Numbered from the stretch's first letter, positions 37,976-49,908 are shown. The stretch: 64,000 nt of DNA from Octopus bimaculoides (GCF_001194135.2 NC_068986.1:3838768-3902767); one strand, 5' to 3'. The notes: a model not told the origin generated them from the sequence alone. Translations and numbers: made by a program.

Positions 37976-39487
37976 AAAAATACAAAATTATATATATATA
38001 TATGTACGCATTATATACCAACGTACACATCTAATCGCACTCACACACACATATGCATAGAAGTGTGTGTGTGTGTGTGTGTGTATGAATGTTTATGTAT
38101 ATATAAAGAAAATTCAAACATATCATATACATCTGTTAGTATTGATCCACTGTCTAGTGCATTAGTCCCCTCCTCACGTGTCACTGTACACAGTATATGT
38201 GTGTGCATGGTTATACGAGGATATATGCGTGTATACACAGATACACGCACACACACACATATATATTTAAACGTTGCTATTGTATATGAATGAATGCATT
38301 TTTAGCACATACCATGAAAATACACACACATACACACACACTTACACACGCGAACACTCATATTTACAAACAATCACACATTCATGTCTATGAAGTGTTA
38401 CCATTCGAATATAATTTTATGTTATAGAATATTTAATTAGTAGATTTGTTTCAAATGTTACTGCAAAAATCGGTTCGAAAGCAAAGTTTTGATTGTTCCA
38501 TTTCAGTTTGAATAGTTATCCAAAAATGAACTCTCCTATGATTTTTGGTTCCATTGATCTTTTTTAATCAATATATTGAACTGTTTCATTCTGACGCACA
38601 ATAAACCTTGCATTTGGATTTTCATGCAATCATATTTCTTTATGGTTATAACAAAATATCTCTGTAAGACCTGAATTTCCAATAGATCGGTTACTACTGG
38701 AAATATTCAACCAAGCAGCAGTTGACTGTTTGCTATTTCACTGGAAATGGGCTTTTCGAAAGTTTATATGTATGTATGTATGTATGTATGCATTCCTGCA
38801 TGCATGCTTGTATGCTTGTGTATATATGTATGTATTAGTATATGTATATGTATATATGTGCAAGTGTGTATCTATAAGTGTTGTTTGTGAATATGCGTGT
38901 ATATATAAACATATATATGCTCATATACACATACATATACTTTTCAATGTATATAAATATATATANNNNNNNNNNNNNNNNNNNNNNNNNNNNNNNNNNN
39001 NNNNNNNNNNNNNNNNNNNNNNNNNNNNNNNNNNNNNNNNNTATATATAGACAGTTAGACAGCTAGATAGCTAGCTAGTTAGCTACATAGATAGATATGT
39101 ATATGAAGCAATGAATCGAATATTAATCCCGCAGTCACCCTCGAACTATTTTCTTCCGAATTAGCGTCTATTGTAAACATGGCTTTTGACCTTTCTCATA
39201 ATTGTCGCTCGCTCGCATCAAAAACTATTGAAATACGCAATTGTATGTTGCATCACCAAGATACATGTCTTTCGACTTGTAATTTGCTTTATTATTTACT
39301 CCACTCACAACACTTAGGGTACTTTTTGAAAGAAAATCCAGATTTTATATTCTGTAACTTTTCATTATTAGTTCAGGTCTAAAAAAGAACCCTGATTTAC
39401 ACGTGTTGTACTTTCTGTTTAGTCTCAATTGCTGGTAACCTGTGGGCTGCACGTAAAGATTTTATTGGCATGAGGAATATAGTCTTG

Positions 39488-39660
39488 TAACACTCATTGA
39501 GTGCATACGTAGTTGTGTGGTTAAGAAGTTCATCTACGCAACTATGTGCTGTTTTGTTTTAATCCAACAGCGTTGCTCTTTGAGTGTCTTCTGCAATAAT
39601 CTAAAGTCGACCAAATCTTTCTAAGTGAAAATTGGTAAACGGAAACTATGTTGAAACTCT
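39488..39660 (+). mobile_element. Degenerate SINE family B
   Basis: GTTGTGTGGTTAAGAAGTTC head; GAGTGTCTTCTGCAATA; TTGGTAAACGGAAACT. Confidence 0.6.
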
Positions 39661-39964
39661 TCAGAGAGACTGTTCCTGTTCATGGGTTGTAAATTTAACT
39701 TGTATCCCAGTCAGCCCGACCATCTGGATTCTTCAGTTCCCTTAACAAGATCCTCTTTGTTTTAATAATTCGGACCAAGTCTCAGGTTTGAGGAAAAATT
39801 CTCCCCTTCTTGACAACAGTCACAGAAGACATAGGAATAGTTATGGCTGCTGTCCTTACTCCTCTGGAAAGTTAAACCGGCATATTAACTAACGTTTTAA
39901 GTTGAAAGATCAGGCGTTCAGATTTAATGAAGCATCAGCACCGCATGGAGTAATTAATGCATGC

Positions 39965-40085
39965 AATCAATTGGCAAAATCCTTAGTGTGTGGCAGAGAA
40001 AAACATCTGGTATATGTTCTGATATTCGGTTTTCAAATCCCGCTGAGATCAACTTTGCTTTCCAGGGTCGTTAAGCAAAGTTCCA
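39965..40085 (+). mobile_element. Degenerate SINE family A
   Basis: TTGGCAAAATCCTTAG...TTCAAATCCCGCTGAGATCAACTTTGCTTTC. Confidence 0.5.
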
Positions 40086-41447
40086 ATGCAGGGAAATGGA
40101 TTGGCGAAACCGAAGAACGTTGAACCTGATACTTTGAGTTCAGTTCCCTTCGTGGCCTACTTAGGTAGTAGATGTAATCCTTCGTCCGGTTTCATACCAT
40201 CACCAGGCATCTTGGGTGCCTGGGTTGCTGATGTCAGTGACGAATATCTAGATGACTTTTAGGAATTATTCATATGTGGCTGATAGATCTGTATGCTTCT
40301 TATTCAGTTTAGCTTTTTAAGCTTTAAAGTTTTGAAGATTTTGTCCATTTTCTAGTTTATGGGGATTTGGAAGTGTTTAGTGAAGCTGAAGATATTTGAT
40401 GAGTAAAATAATATTTGTAAACATAAAGTATTTAGGGTTATGTTAACAACTTTGTTAGGTTTTTAAGAGTCTTGTATGGCCCCAATACTTTTCTAGTGTT
40501 GTTTTATGGTATATGTCTTCCGCTATTCTTTGGTTTATTTTCTTTGTTATTTCCTTATCTAGTTGCCTGGTGTTGTATTTGATTTCTATTGTATGCGAGA
40601 TATTCTGTGAGGCGGTTGTATCATTGATATTCGTATTATTGAAAATGTGAATAATGTGCTGTGTTTAAAGTTGTCTCTGGTTTTAGGTCATCTATTACAG
40701 ATGCCTTTCATCCTTCTGAGATCGATAAAATAAGTACCAATCACATACATGGTCGATAAAATTGATTATAGACTTCATTTCCCAAATCTATGGCCTAGCG
40801 TGTAGTTTTGAAAACATTCTTTAATTGTAGTAATAGATAATGGTCAGTAAAACAATTCCTTTGTAATTCTCATAAATGTTTTCATAAATTGTGAAATTGA
40901 AGTAATTTGAACAATTATAGATCCCCGAGAAATGAACGATTAAAAAATGTCTTTCTTAATGCTTATATTACAGACACTATTAATGATCAATTTGTTGAGA
41001 GCTGGACAAGTATCGTAAACCACCAACAAATAATTTAAAAAAAAAAGAAAAATATAAAACATTTAGTCTTAAAACATATTATTTTCATGCTGATTTAATG
41101 TAACTTGATGACATACTGAACATTAATTAACGTGTCAAAAGGGTTAAAATTCCTTTTATGAATATGGTGCTGTTCGGATTAGATATGGACATGCATGCAT
41201 CAATCAGTATTCTCATCTCTCAGACTAAGAAATACATTTCTAGAATATTTAATGGTCTCACGGGACAGACAATTAGTTGCTCTTAAATTTTATGAAAAAA
41301 ATCAATTCATTATCTCTAAAAACAGTTCGGTGTATTTTATTTTCCATTGCGATTTATGACTTTTAAAATGCTATTTATGTAACTGTTCTTATATATCTAT
41401 GTGTGTGCGTGTGTATGAGCGTATACATACAAGCATACATACATATA

Positions 41448-41668
41448 TATTCTTTTATTCTTTTACTTATTTCACTCATTTGACTGCGGCCATGCTGGAG
41501 CACCACATTTTAGTCGAAGAAATCGACCTCAGGACTTATTCTTTGCAATAAGTACTTATTCTATGGGTCTCTTTCGCCGAACCACTAAGTTATGGAGACG
41601 TAGACACACCAATGTCTATTGTCACATGATGGGTGGTGGGGACAAACACAAACACCAAGACACACACA

Positions 41669-41717
<49 letters not shown>
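41448..41717 (-). mobile_element. SINE family B, 3' half
   Basis: CATTTGACTGCGGCCATGCTGGAGCACC...GCCGAACCACTAAGTTA...GACAAACAC, then (CA)n and a gap. Confidence 0.8.
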
Positions 41718-41881
41718 NNNNNNNNNNNNNNNNNNNNNNNNNNNNNNNNNNNNNNNNNNNNNNNNNNNNNNNNNNNNNNNNNNNNNNNNNNNNNNNNNNN
41801 NNNNNNNNNNNNNNNNNNNNNNNNNNNNNNNNNNNNNNNNNNNNNNNNNNNNNNNNNNNNNNNNNNNNNNNNNNNNNNNNN

Positions 41882-41923
<42 letters not shown>

Positions 41924-41966
41924 CAAATCCGAAAGAAGAAGCACACGCTAAGATGTAGAACAATAT

Positions 41967-42163
41967 ATATTAAAAGTGGCGAAGGCTGGTTTATGGGATT
42001 ATCTTAGGTTTCCCGTCCATAAAGGGTTTAGCTTTATGGCGTATCGTTAGATCCTAAAACCTGTTGGTCCAAGCCCTGTCTTGGGCAATGCCATAAAGCT
42101 AAACCCTTTATGGACGGGAAACCAAAGGTAATCCCATAAACCGGCCTTCCTCATTTTTAATAT
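41967..42163. repeat. 74-bp-arm inverted repeat (hairpin/foldback MITE) with a 49-nt spacer
   Basis: 68/74 arm identity; inner 34 bp perfect. Confidence 0.9.
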
Positions 42164-42518
42164 TGATCCTCCTCACGCCTGCACATATGCGTTATATTCT
42201 TTCTTTAAGCCTAGTTTATTTAAGTAACTTAATAAGTTTGAGTACTTGTAAATATACCTCTGATAATTCGTTTCCTACCAGAGATTCCCATATAACTGTA
42301 AAAGATATATTTAATTACTTAGTGGAATACAATGGAAGAATGTAAAGGGATTGTTGAGGCGTTCATCCATTTCGTGATGGCAACAGAGTAAAAGAGAAAA
42401 AATTTTATATTTCCTGAACTACAGAAGAACAACAATTTTCGGGACTGGAATTTGTTTAGTATCAAAGTCGAATGTTAAATTTTACTCAGTAAAGCTGTTG
42501 ATGTTTGATGTTTGGAAA

Positions 42519-42715
42519 GTGAAAATGAGATTTTTCTCATAATCAATTAATAGAGTGAAAATGAGATTTTTCTCATAATCCATTAATAGAGTGAAAATGA
42601 GATTTTACACATAATCCATTAATAAAGTGAAAATGGGATTTTACCTATAATCCATTCATAAAGTTAAAATGGGATTTTACCCATAGTTCATTAATAGTGA
42701 TTTTACCTATATTCC
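42519..42715. repeat. 36-bp minisatellite, 5 full units plus a partial
   Basis: Unit starts at 42519, 42555, 42591, 42627, 42663; consensus GTGAAAATGAGATTTTTCTCATAATCCATTAATAGA. Confidence 0.9.
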
Positions 42716-42989
42716 GTTATTTTGTGGAGTTTGAAATATTTTTACTTAAAAAGGGTTTATCCAAGACGTAGGTGCAATTAGTGACGATGACTTCAGAAGG
42801 CTTTCCCAAACAATCAAAATAGATACAGCTGACTGACAGGAGGTAGGCGCAGTAGCTAAAACTTTTGTCGGTCAAACTGTGTGACTGACTCAGTCACACA
42901 ATAAGTCGATATCTTCAAGATAAACGTGAATAGAGAGAAAATTCTAGAAGGAGGATATTGAAAAAACAAAGGAATTAGCATAAAGGAGG

Positions 42990-43320
42990 GGAAGAATATT
43001 ATGGGAGACAAGAGAAGGAGAGTCGGACGGTAGTGTTTGGTGGAGATTGTGTTCAAATAACTAGTTCTGTGGAGTAGGGAGTGTTGTGGTAAAAAACGCA
43101 AAGGGGAGAAATATCAGATCTATGTGCTAGAGTTGGAATATAACAATGAGCTGTTTCCTATAAGCTATGAAGTGGTTTCTAGGATGTTGTAAGTGTGGTA
43201 ACAGCGCCTTCTTAGATGAGAGTAGCATCCATTACGTGTATCCTTTAGAGTTAGTAGCTGGTTTCAAATGATGGCAAGTTTTGGTGATACTATGATTTGC
43301 GTGAGAAGGTAAGGTAGAAT
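42990..43320 (-). mobile_element. Possible CR1/L2-group LINE RT-thumb fragment
   Basis: Minus-strand LAHRSDISPLCVFYHNTPYSTEL resembles the recalled SLxHRRxVAxLxLFYxYxxGxCSxEL motif; heavily decayed. Confidence 0.4.
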
Positions 43321-43773
43321 ACTGTCTTTAGTATTTGCCGCGATCGAATCTCTCTGCTCTTCAAAGAGAAAATATAACTGGACCTCCACCAGAGAATGTC
43401 TTAGGTTTCTTATATACGGAAGCAGACCAAGTTAAAATGAAGTGTCTAAGCGGAAAATTGTTGCAGCTGCTGTTATTGTTTATCTCCATGCTAGCCTGGA
43501 TCAAGCAGATCTATAATCAGTTCATCCATGATCGTCCAACTTTCGCTTAAAATATAATGTATTCAGGATTACATGTTTCTAATTTAGAAGGTTCCTTTCT
43601 TTAAGACGGTAGGGTGTGATGAGCAAGAATTAGCTACTATTTTAAGGAGGTCGAACGACCACATCACCGACTTGAAGGAAATTGCAATTGAGTAACATTT
43701 ACGTTCGAGAAAATCAGGAAAGGTTTAACAGTTCTATCTTGCCTCACAGATATGATTGACTAAAGACTTCCAA

Positions 43774-43887
<114 letters not shown>

Positions 43888-43961
43888 TCCAAAATCAGAC
43901 AGCGTAGCCACCAGGTTGTAGTAAGAACTATGGTGAAGCGTTTAATCGATCTCTTGGCGGC

Positions 43962-44090
43962 GTCGTTGCGGCGTCAGATGAAATTCCTCGCAGTATTTGT
44001 TCAGACTCTTCTGTTCTGAATTCAAATTCCACTTTGGCCAACTTTACCTTTCATTTCTTCGGAGTTGATGAAAAATACTAATCTAAGCAG
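43962..44090 (+). mobile_element. Degenerate SINE family A
   Basis: TTGGCGGCGTCGTT...GTTCTGAATTCAAATTCC...ACTTTACCTTTCATTTCTTCGGAGTTGAT. Confidence 0.6.
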
Positions 44091-44620
44091 TGGATTAACG
44101 GAACTATAAGAATATCAGACAGGACACCTTCTGGTATATGAAATGACTGTATACAAATCACACCATGGCCTTAAGTGGCTTACTCCATCGACCGGTTTAA
44201 CATTCATTACCATCCGGCATCTTGACTATCTTTAGCGGAGTCCACTCTGATGTAAATATTTGGGTCAGATCTTTGGTTTTCGGATACCTTACTCCCATTT
44301 CTCCTATATGTCTCAGACGCTCTGCAAAACAGGGGTCCCCAACTACCAGACCGCGGATCATTTGTTACCGGGTTGCACAGAAAGCGTAAAATCTTAAATT
44401 TCATTTCTATTTTATAGAATATCGCCGTCTGCAAGGTGTTTATACATACATACATATATACATACATGCATACATACATACATACATACATACATACGTA
44501 CACACGTACGTACGTACATACATACGTACATACACACATACATACATAAAACATACATACATACGTACACACACATACACACATACATACATACACACAT
44601 ATTATTCTTGTCAAAAAGAT

Positions 44621-44718
44621 GTTGCTGACAGCGACTTCAAAGTTTCGGCCAGTTACGTCATCGTCAACAATCCGATGATGGCTTAGCTGGCCGAAACTTT
44701 GAAATTACTGTCAACAAC
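44621..44718. repeat. 32-bp inverted repeat built from two opposed hammerhead-like halves
   Basis: Arms 44621-44652 and 44687-44718 (28/32); CCGATGA-T-GGC-ttagctg-GCC-GAAA at 44672-44696. Confidence 0.7.
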
Positions 44719-44803
44719 GTTCTTGTGTAAGATTAATAAATTTTTACTCTACAAAAGTATAAAGTAGCCCGTCAGACTCATGTAAAATTGTTTTTATTAT
44801 AAC

Positions 44804-45248
44804 GGTTGTGTGGACGCCCCCAGGCGATAAGTAGGATAGTCCAATACGTATAAATAGCTAGACGAAAAGTGTCGAGCAGCGCAGCGGAAGAGGGGAAGAG
44901 CGAGACGGAGCCGTCGGCAGACTAGACGTCAGTTCGGTAGAGCCGCACCGTCGGAAGTGAGAGTTGAGTAGAGGTCATCCGCAAGTGCGATATAACAGTG
45001 GCGACGAGTATTTCGTAGCTCACACAAACAATGTGTTGTATTGCGATATAACAGTGGCGACGAGGTTTCGAATAGTACTGAAATGAAAGAGTTACTGAAA
45101 GCAGTTGTAAAACAACAAGAGTCCAAGAACGGAAGAGCGGAAGAGCGAGACGGAGCCGTCGGTAGACAAGACGTCGAGTTCGGTAGAGTCGAGTCGAGTC
45201 GTCGGAAGTGAGAGTTGAGTAGAGGTCATCCGCACGTGCGATATAACA
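44804..45248 (+). mobile_element. Internally deleted LTR retrotransposon (short LTR, duplicated PBS, gag start, partial 3' LTR)
   Basis: 5' LTR 44804-44997 ends in TATAACA, then G-TGGCGACGAG (PBS) twice; ATG 45083 MKELLKAVVKQQ; LTR 3' part repeated at 45130-45248; TSD ATAAC/ATAAT. Confidence 0.75.
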
Positions 45249-45361
45249 ATAATTGAACATAAAAACAAAGATGAATACATATGTATGTATGTATGTATGT
45301 ATGTATGCATGTAAGTACATATGTATGTATGTATGTATGTATGAATGCATGTATGTCTCTT

Positions 45362-45818
45362 CAAGTCTTTAATTATTATAAATCTTCCACTGAGGAGGGA
45401 GCCGGTTTCCAACAAAGATACAAAGCTCCATATTTGGGTTGTAGTTAACACAGATAAATTCACATTTGGAACTTGAGAAAAGTCTTGTTATATTTTTACT
45501 ACACCGCTCACAGATTGCACTTGTAATGTACGAATTAGCCGGTCTATTTCTCCTTCTGAAAATCCCAGTTTATCCAGATTCGCCTTTAAAAATTTACTAA
45601 CAAAACCTGGTGTTCCAATTATTATTGGTATGAATATGAACTCATAGTCTGGATATAGAAGCTGGAGGTTTCGAAGCAGTTGTCCATAGATATCCTCTTT
45701 TCCTTTGATTTTCAGAGAGATATTTATATCCGCAGGGCAGCTGACCTCTATGATGGTACATACCTTTGTCCCTCTGTCCCAAACAGGAATATCTAGCCTG
45801 TTATGTTTCCATTTGACA
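45362..45818 (-). mobile_element. 3' fragment of a second REL-endonuclease non-LTR retrotransposon family
   Basis: KHNRLDIPVWDRGTKVCTIIEVSCPADINISLKIKGKEDIYGQL...PIIIGTPG; matches the RPD...E..P...K..Y REL pattern; stop at 45488, then UTR. Confidence 0.8.
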
Positions 45819-45879
45819 GAAGTATGTACGTATATATGTATGCATGTATGTATGTATGTATGTATATATGCATGCATGC

Positions 45880-45912
<33 letters not shown>

Positions 45913-47269
45913 TATCATGTATATNNNNNNNNNNATATATATCATGTACATATGTATATATGTAATATATGCGTATTATACATTTAATAAGTAGATTATT
46001 TATTATGCACTTTATTGTTTTGTTATGTTCGTGGATTTCTGGTCCGTGGAAAATTATCTTGCATGAAACCGGCCCTGGGGAAAAAAAAGGTTGGAGGCCG
46101 CTGCTGTAAAGTGTAATGATCACTGCCTTACCTCATGCAGAAAAGATGCAAAAAGCGCAATGGTATTGCGCTCACAGACATCCCGAAGTTACCGAACCAC
46201 CAGTGAGTGACATTGGATCCCAAGTAGGTCTGGCTTTATGGAAGTCATAGTGCCTCGGTGGTCCCCGAGGAAGGAGAAAAAGAAGGAAAAAAGAGATAGT
46301 GAGAGGCTAAGAGACAGAAACAAACAGACAGACTTAACTCATTACCTCCCATAATTCTATTCAGTGGATTTTTTTTTCTGAAACTTTGATTTCTAGCATA
46401 AAACAGCCTTAGAAACACGCTGGAATGATCAAAATAACATTTCAAAATAACATTTTAAATAGAAATAAGCGAGATATTGGGTGAAAAATTACAAACCTCA
46501 TTTGAATATCAGAGAAATATACCTAGTAGATATAGCATAAAGGTTAGATATGTGTAAATATTGACAGATAATTAGGAAATTTGTAATTTTTAAGTGATCT
46601 CATATGAGATCACTGGTAGGTAATGGGTTAAGGTTGGAGAAGAGGAATGTTAACGATTGTTTCTATCACCCTTGAGTTATTTCTAGTGATTGTAGTAAGG
46701 CAGTAGTTGTTAGGGTCTGAGAAGTTGCACTTCTTTTAGGATGGGACACACCGTGGTATGTTTCTAAAGAGGACAATTCTTTGTCATTCCGTTCTCAAAT
46801 AACATAATGGAAGTGAAATGACTACAACTGAGGATCGAAACTGAGTTGCAAAATTAATTCCTCAAAAATTTATCTTTAATATATTAGCTGCGTCATGATG
46901 CCTAAGCTTTCTTTTGGGAAAATAATTGAATACTATTCAAAACTTAGATAACTTAAATTAGAATTTCGCTCAATATGGCCGTAAGTCAATATGAAATCAG
47001 TAATAGTAATAGAAGTGGTAGTGGTGGTAGTGTTTGTAGTAGTAGTAGTGAATTTTGAATAACGCATCCATAATCATTTGAATAAGTATTAATTCAAGCA
47101 AATAACAATATTGCGCAGACATATATTTTTAGAACCACGAATATCCTAAGGAAGTATCTTTCTATTTTAAGTATGCAAAAAGAATGGAATGAAATATTTT
47201 CATTTTGCTTACAAAAGCTTTACAATATGGAGGCATACATTATTATTTTTATTATAAAAATTACTATTA

Positions 47270-47303
47270 ATGTTATTATTATTATTAATGTTATTATTAT
47301 TAC

Positions 47304-47379
<76 letters not shown>

Positions 47380-47380
47380 T
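47270..47380. repeat. (ATT)n microsatellite
   Basis: Directly visible. Confidence 0.95.
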
Positions 47381-47792
47381 CGGATTTACAATCAGCCAGA
47401 CGTGTTTGAATGTTCCGGTTTTATGTTCCAAAAATTGTATTATTGTCGGAAGTGTGTTTCTTTTAGTGTTTGAATTAGGAAGATTCTCTCCTCCTTTCTA
47501 AAGAGGGAGACTGTTTTTCAACTTTGGTAGTTTTTGCTGAGTAGTAATTTACAAATTTTCCTGTTCTTGAAAACATGACAACTTCTGCAGTTGTATAGTC
47601 TGGGTAGACTATAATAACGGTGCGAGGGTGAAGGAAATATCCCATCAATGCAAAATTTTGCAAATTTTGCGAACGAATTGAGTTGTAACTTCAGAAACAT
47701 AGTTTTGCATTAAAATAACAATGATGATTACAGCAAATTACAATAAATAAATAAATAAATATGAATAACAATAAAGATATTAGAAATAGACA

Positions 47793-48033
47793 GCTGGTGT
47801 AAATACACCTAAATAAGCTCGTAGTGCCACATATCCAGACTGTGATATGGAAGTATTTCCATGTGGTTATCTCCTCTTCAGTCACAGAAACCGGGTGGTG
47901 TCTACATTGAGAAATTTTCTCCATGACAAAACACAGTGAATGGCTTGTTTAGAAGGTCGAACATACCATTCACACATTCGAACTGATAATAACATTTCAT
48001 TTATACACATCACTGCTGAGCGCTCCCACCCTG
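47793..48033. mobile_element. Rearranged copy of the long-TIR/foldback family seen at 58150-58890
   Basis: Shares GAGAAATTTTCTCCATGACAAAACACAGTGAATG and terminal CACTGCTGAGCGCTCCCACCCTG-TA. Confidence 0.7.
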
Positions 48034-48059
48034 TAATATAATCAAAGTGTTCCATAAGG

Positions 48060-48300
48060 AACCGACTGGAACCATCTCTCATTGCTTGAGGAGTTCATCG
48101 AAGAGAGCGTAAAGAGAAGATTGACGTAATTCGGTTTCTTCAGAGAAAGGAAGGGACTCCATCTGCTTCGAAGGGAAGTCATATAATGGCTTTAGCTGAT
48201 GTGTGATATGAGACCAGCTCAATGGAATATAATAAACCTGGTGATGAGGACGGCCAGAAACGGAGTCAACGATAGTGGTTCTTGCTAATCGTATCTCTTT
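48060..48300 (-). mobile_element. Possible Gypsy gag N-terminal remnant
   Basis: With one frameshift it reads EPLSLTPF/WPSSSP and later FSEETELRQ, weakly like the recalled LPPFWP..P and SEE.RLRQL gag motifs. Confidence 0.3.
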
Positions 48301-48344
48301 CGAAGTCATACGAGGAGGTTGTAAAGGGGGTAAGTCTTTAAACT

Positions 48345-48480
48345 ATGTCTGGCAGTAGGGCCTTAGTAAGGGAATTTCGGGGCTTTGAAGAGTGTGGAGC
48401 CACCTCTTAGCCGCTGTTGTTCCCAGGTCTACTCTGACCGGAGTAGCAGCACATGCTAGGGTCCCAGATTTGGGTTAATT
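48345..48480 (+). repeat. Dispersed repeat (second copy at ~62230-62360, minus strand)
   Basis: GTGTGGA(G/A)CCACCT(C/T)TTAGCC(G/A)CT(G/A)TTGTT(C/T)CCAGGTC...TCTGAC in both places. Confidence 0.65.
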
Positions 48481-49758
48481 AGTATGTGTACCACTCGCTT
48501 CAAATCCAGGCTAAGTCTGCTCCGATAATCGGCGGTGACGTGGTCAGCGAATCTTCTGCGACAGTCGACAATCGATGGCAAGATGAACTGCTATGAATGA
48601 CACTATCCCAAACTGTATGTACATGTGACCGTGGATCATGTGTGAACTTGTATTCCCATTGAAACTCCGAACATGAACTCAAAACCTCAACAACAAATGA
48701 CGACTACGGTAGCGGCGTCAGCGCCATTCGAAGCTCTTGCTTTCGCAGTGGGGCATTTGTCAAATTTGTAAATTGGATTTTTGGACTGCCGGCAGAAGTA
48801 TTACTTCGCTTGCTTGAACACGACGTCGGATGTAGTAAGTATTCGTGAGAGACGTAGTGACCACGTTGGTCGAAGCCGGATCAACCCATTCCAGGTGAAT
48901 GCCATAGCCAGCAAGTAGTTGTAAAGAGGCGAATAACTTGCCGGAATGTTATATGAGGAATTGGAGTTAACTGCCAGTAACTTATGATCCCAATGTCACT
49001 GGGATATTGCGGGTACATCCCATGGAGGGTCCAGTCTTAAAAATCTGTCAGGTTGTTGGTCCAAAATAAAAATGTCCAAGTTGCAGTTGAAAGAGGGAAA
49101 GGCCTAGACGCGGGAAATGATCAGATTTTTGGGAACTGGAAATTTTAATTTTGTGAGTGGTACTCGACAAAATGTACAGAAGATGCATAGTTTTCAAAAT
49201 AAGATTGTCTGTAAAACGAAACCACATTTAGGTTAACAGGCTCATTTAATGTCCACAACTGCAACTACTGGGCACCTTAGAACTTGTATGTTACGGTTGA
49301 ACACCGTATAAATTTCTCCCCCACAGCAATCGTAATAAGTGAGCCTATTTTGACGGAGGGATTGGACGAAGAGGTTGCACCGAGTTATCTTCGTATTTCT
49401 CAGATCTCGCTCCTCTGGTCTTTTTATATCTGAAGTGTACAGTTTTTGAGAAAAACAAAACGCAAAAAAAGACCAAAGAAAAACTAACAATCAAAAGCAG
49501 CGTTTGAAAGAGAAAGCACTAAATACCAAATGAAACTTTCCGTGATATTTGCCGCTCCATCTAACTGCGGTATCGGCAGTGATTGGAGCAGAACCACGAC
49601 CAGTTCGAATACTTGCGATAACTCAAAGGATTATACACATAAAACACAGATACATCGCAATAAGCCTTGTATTTATAATAATTTAAAGTGTATATACATT
49701 CTTTTGGGACAAACACGCACACACACATATATACGTACACACACACACACACACACGC

Positions 49759-49844
<86 letters not shown>

Positions 49845-49908
49845 GTATATATATTTGTATATAAGCATATCTATGTGTGTATATACATATATGCATACAT
49901 ACAAACAC

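Larger units (their letters stand above)
44330..46103. mobile_element. MER1-like hAT MITE expanded by nested insertions
   Basis: Left end CAGGGGTCCCCAAC; right end GAAACCGGCCCTGGGG...AAAAAGGTTGGAGGCCGCTG; 8-bp TSD CTGCAAAA/CTGTAAAG (6/8). Confidence 0.75.

Noticed and set aside
40220-40720. Strand-biased segment as a further Penelope/LINE N-terminal fragment
   Set aside because: Only a weak NKVVN-like hint; too decayed to support.
42519-42715. CRISPR array (36-bp palindromic repeats)
   Set aside because: Units are contiguous with no unique spacers, there are no cas genes and the context is eukaryotic; it is a minisatellite.
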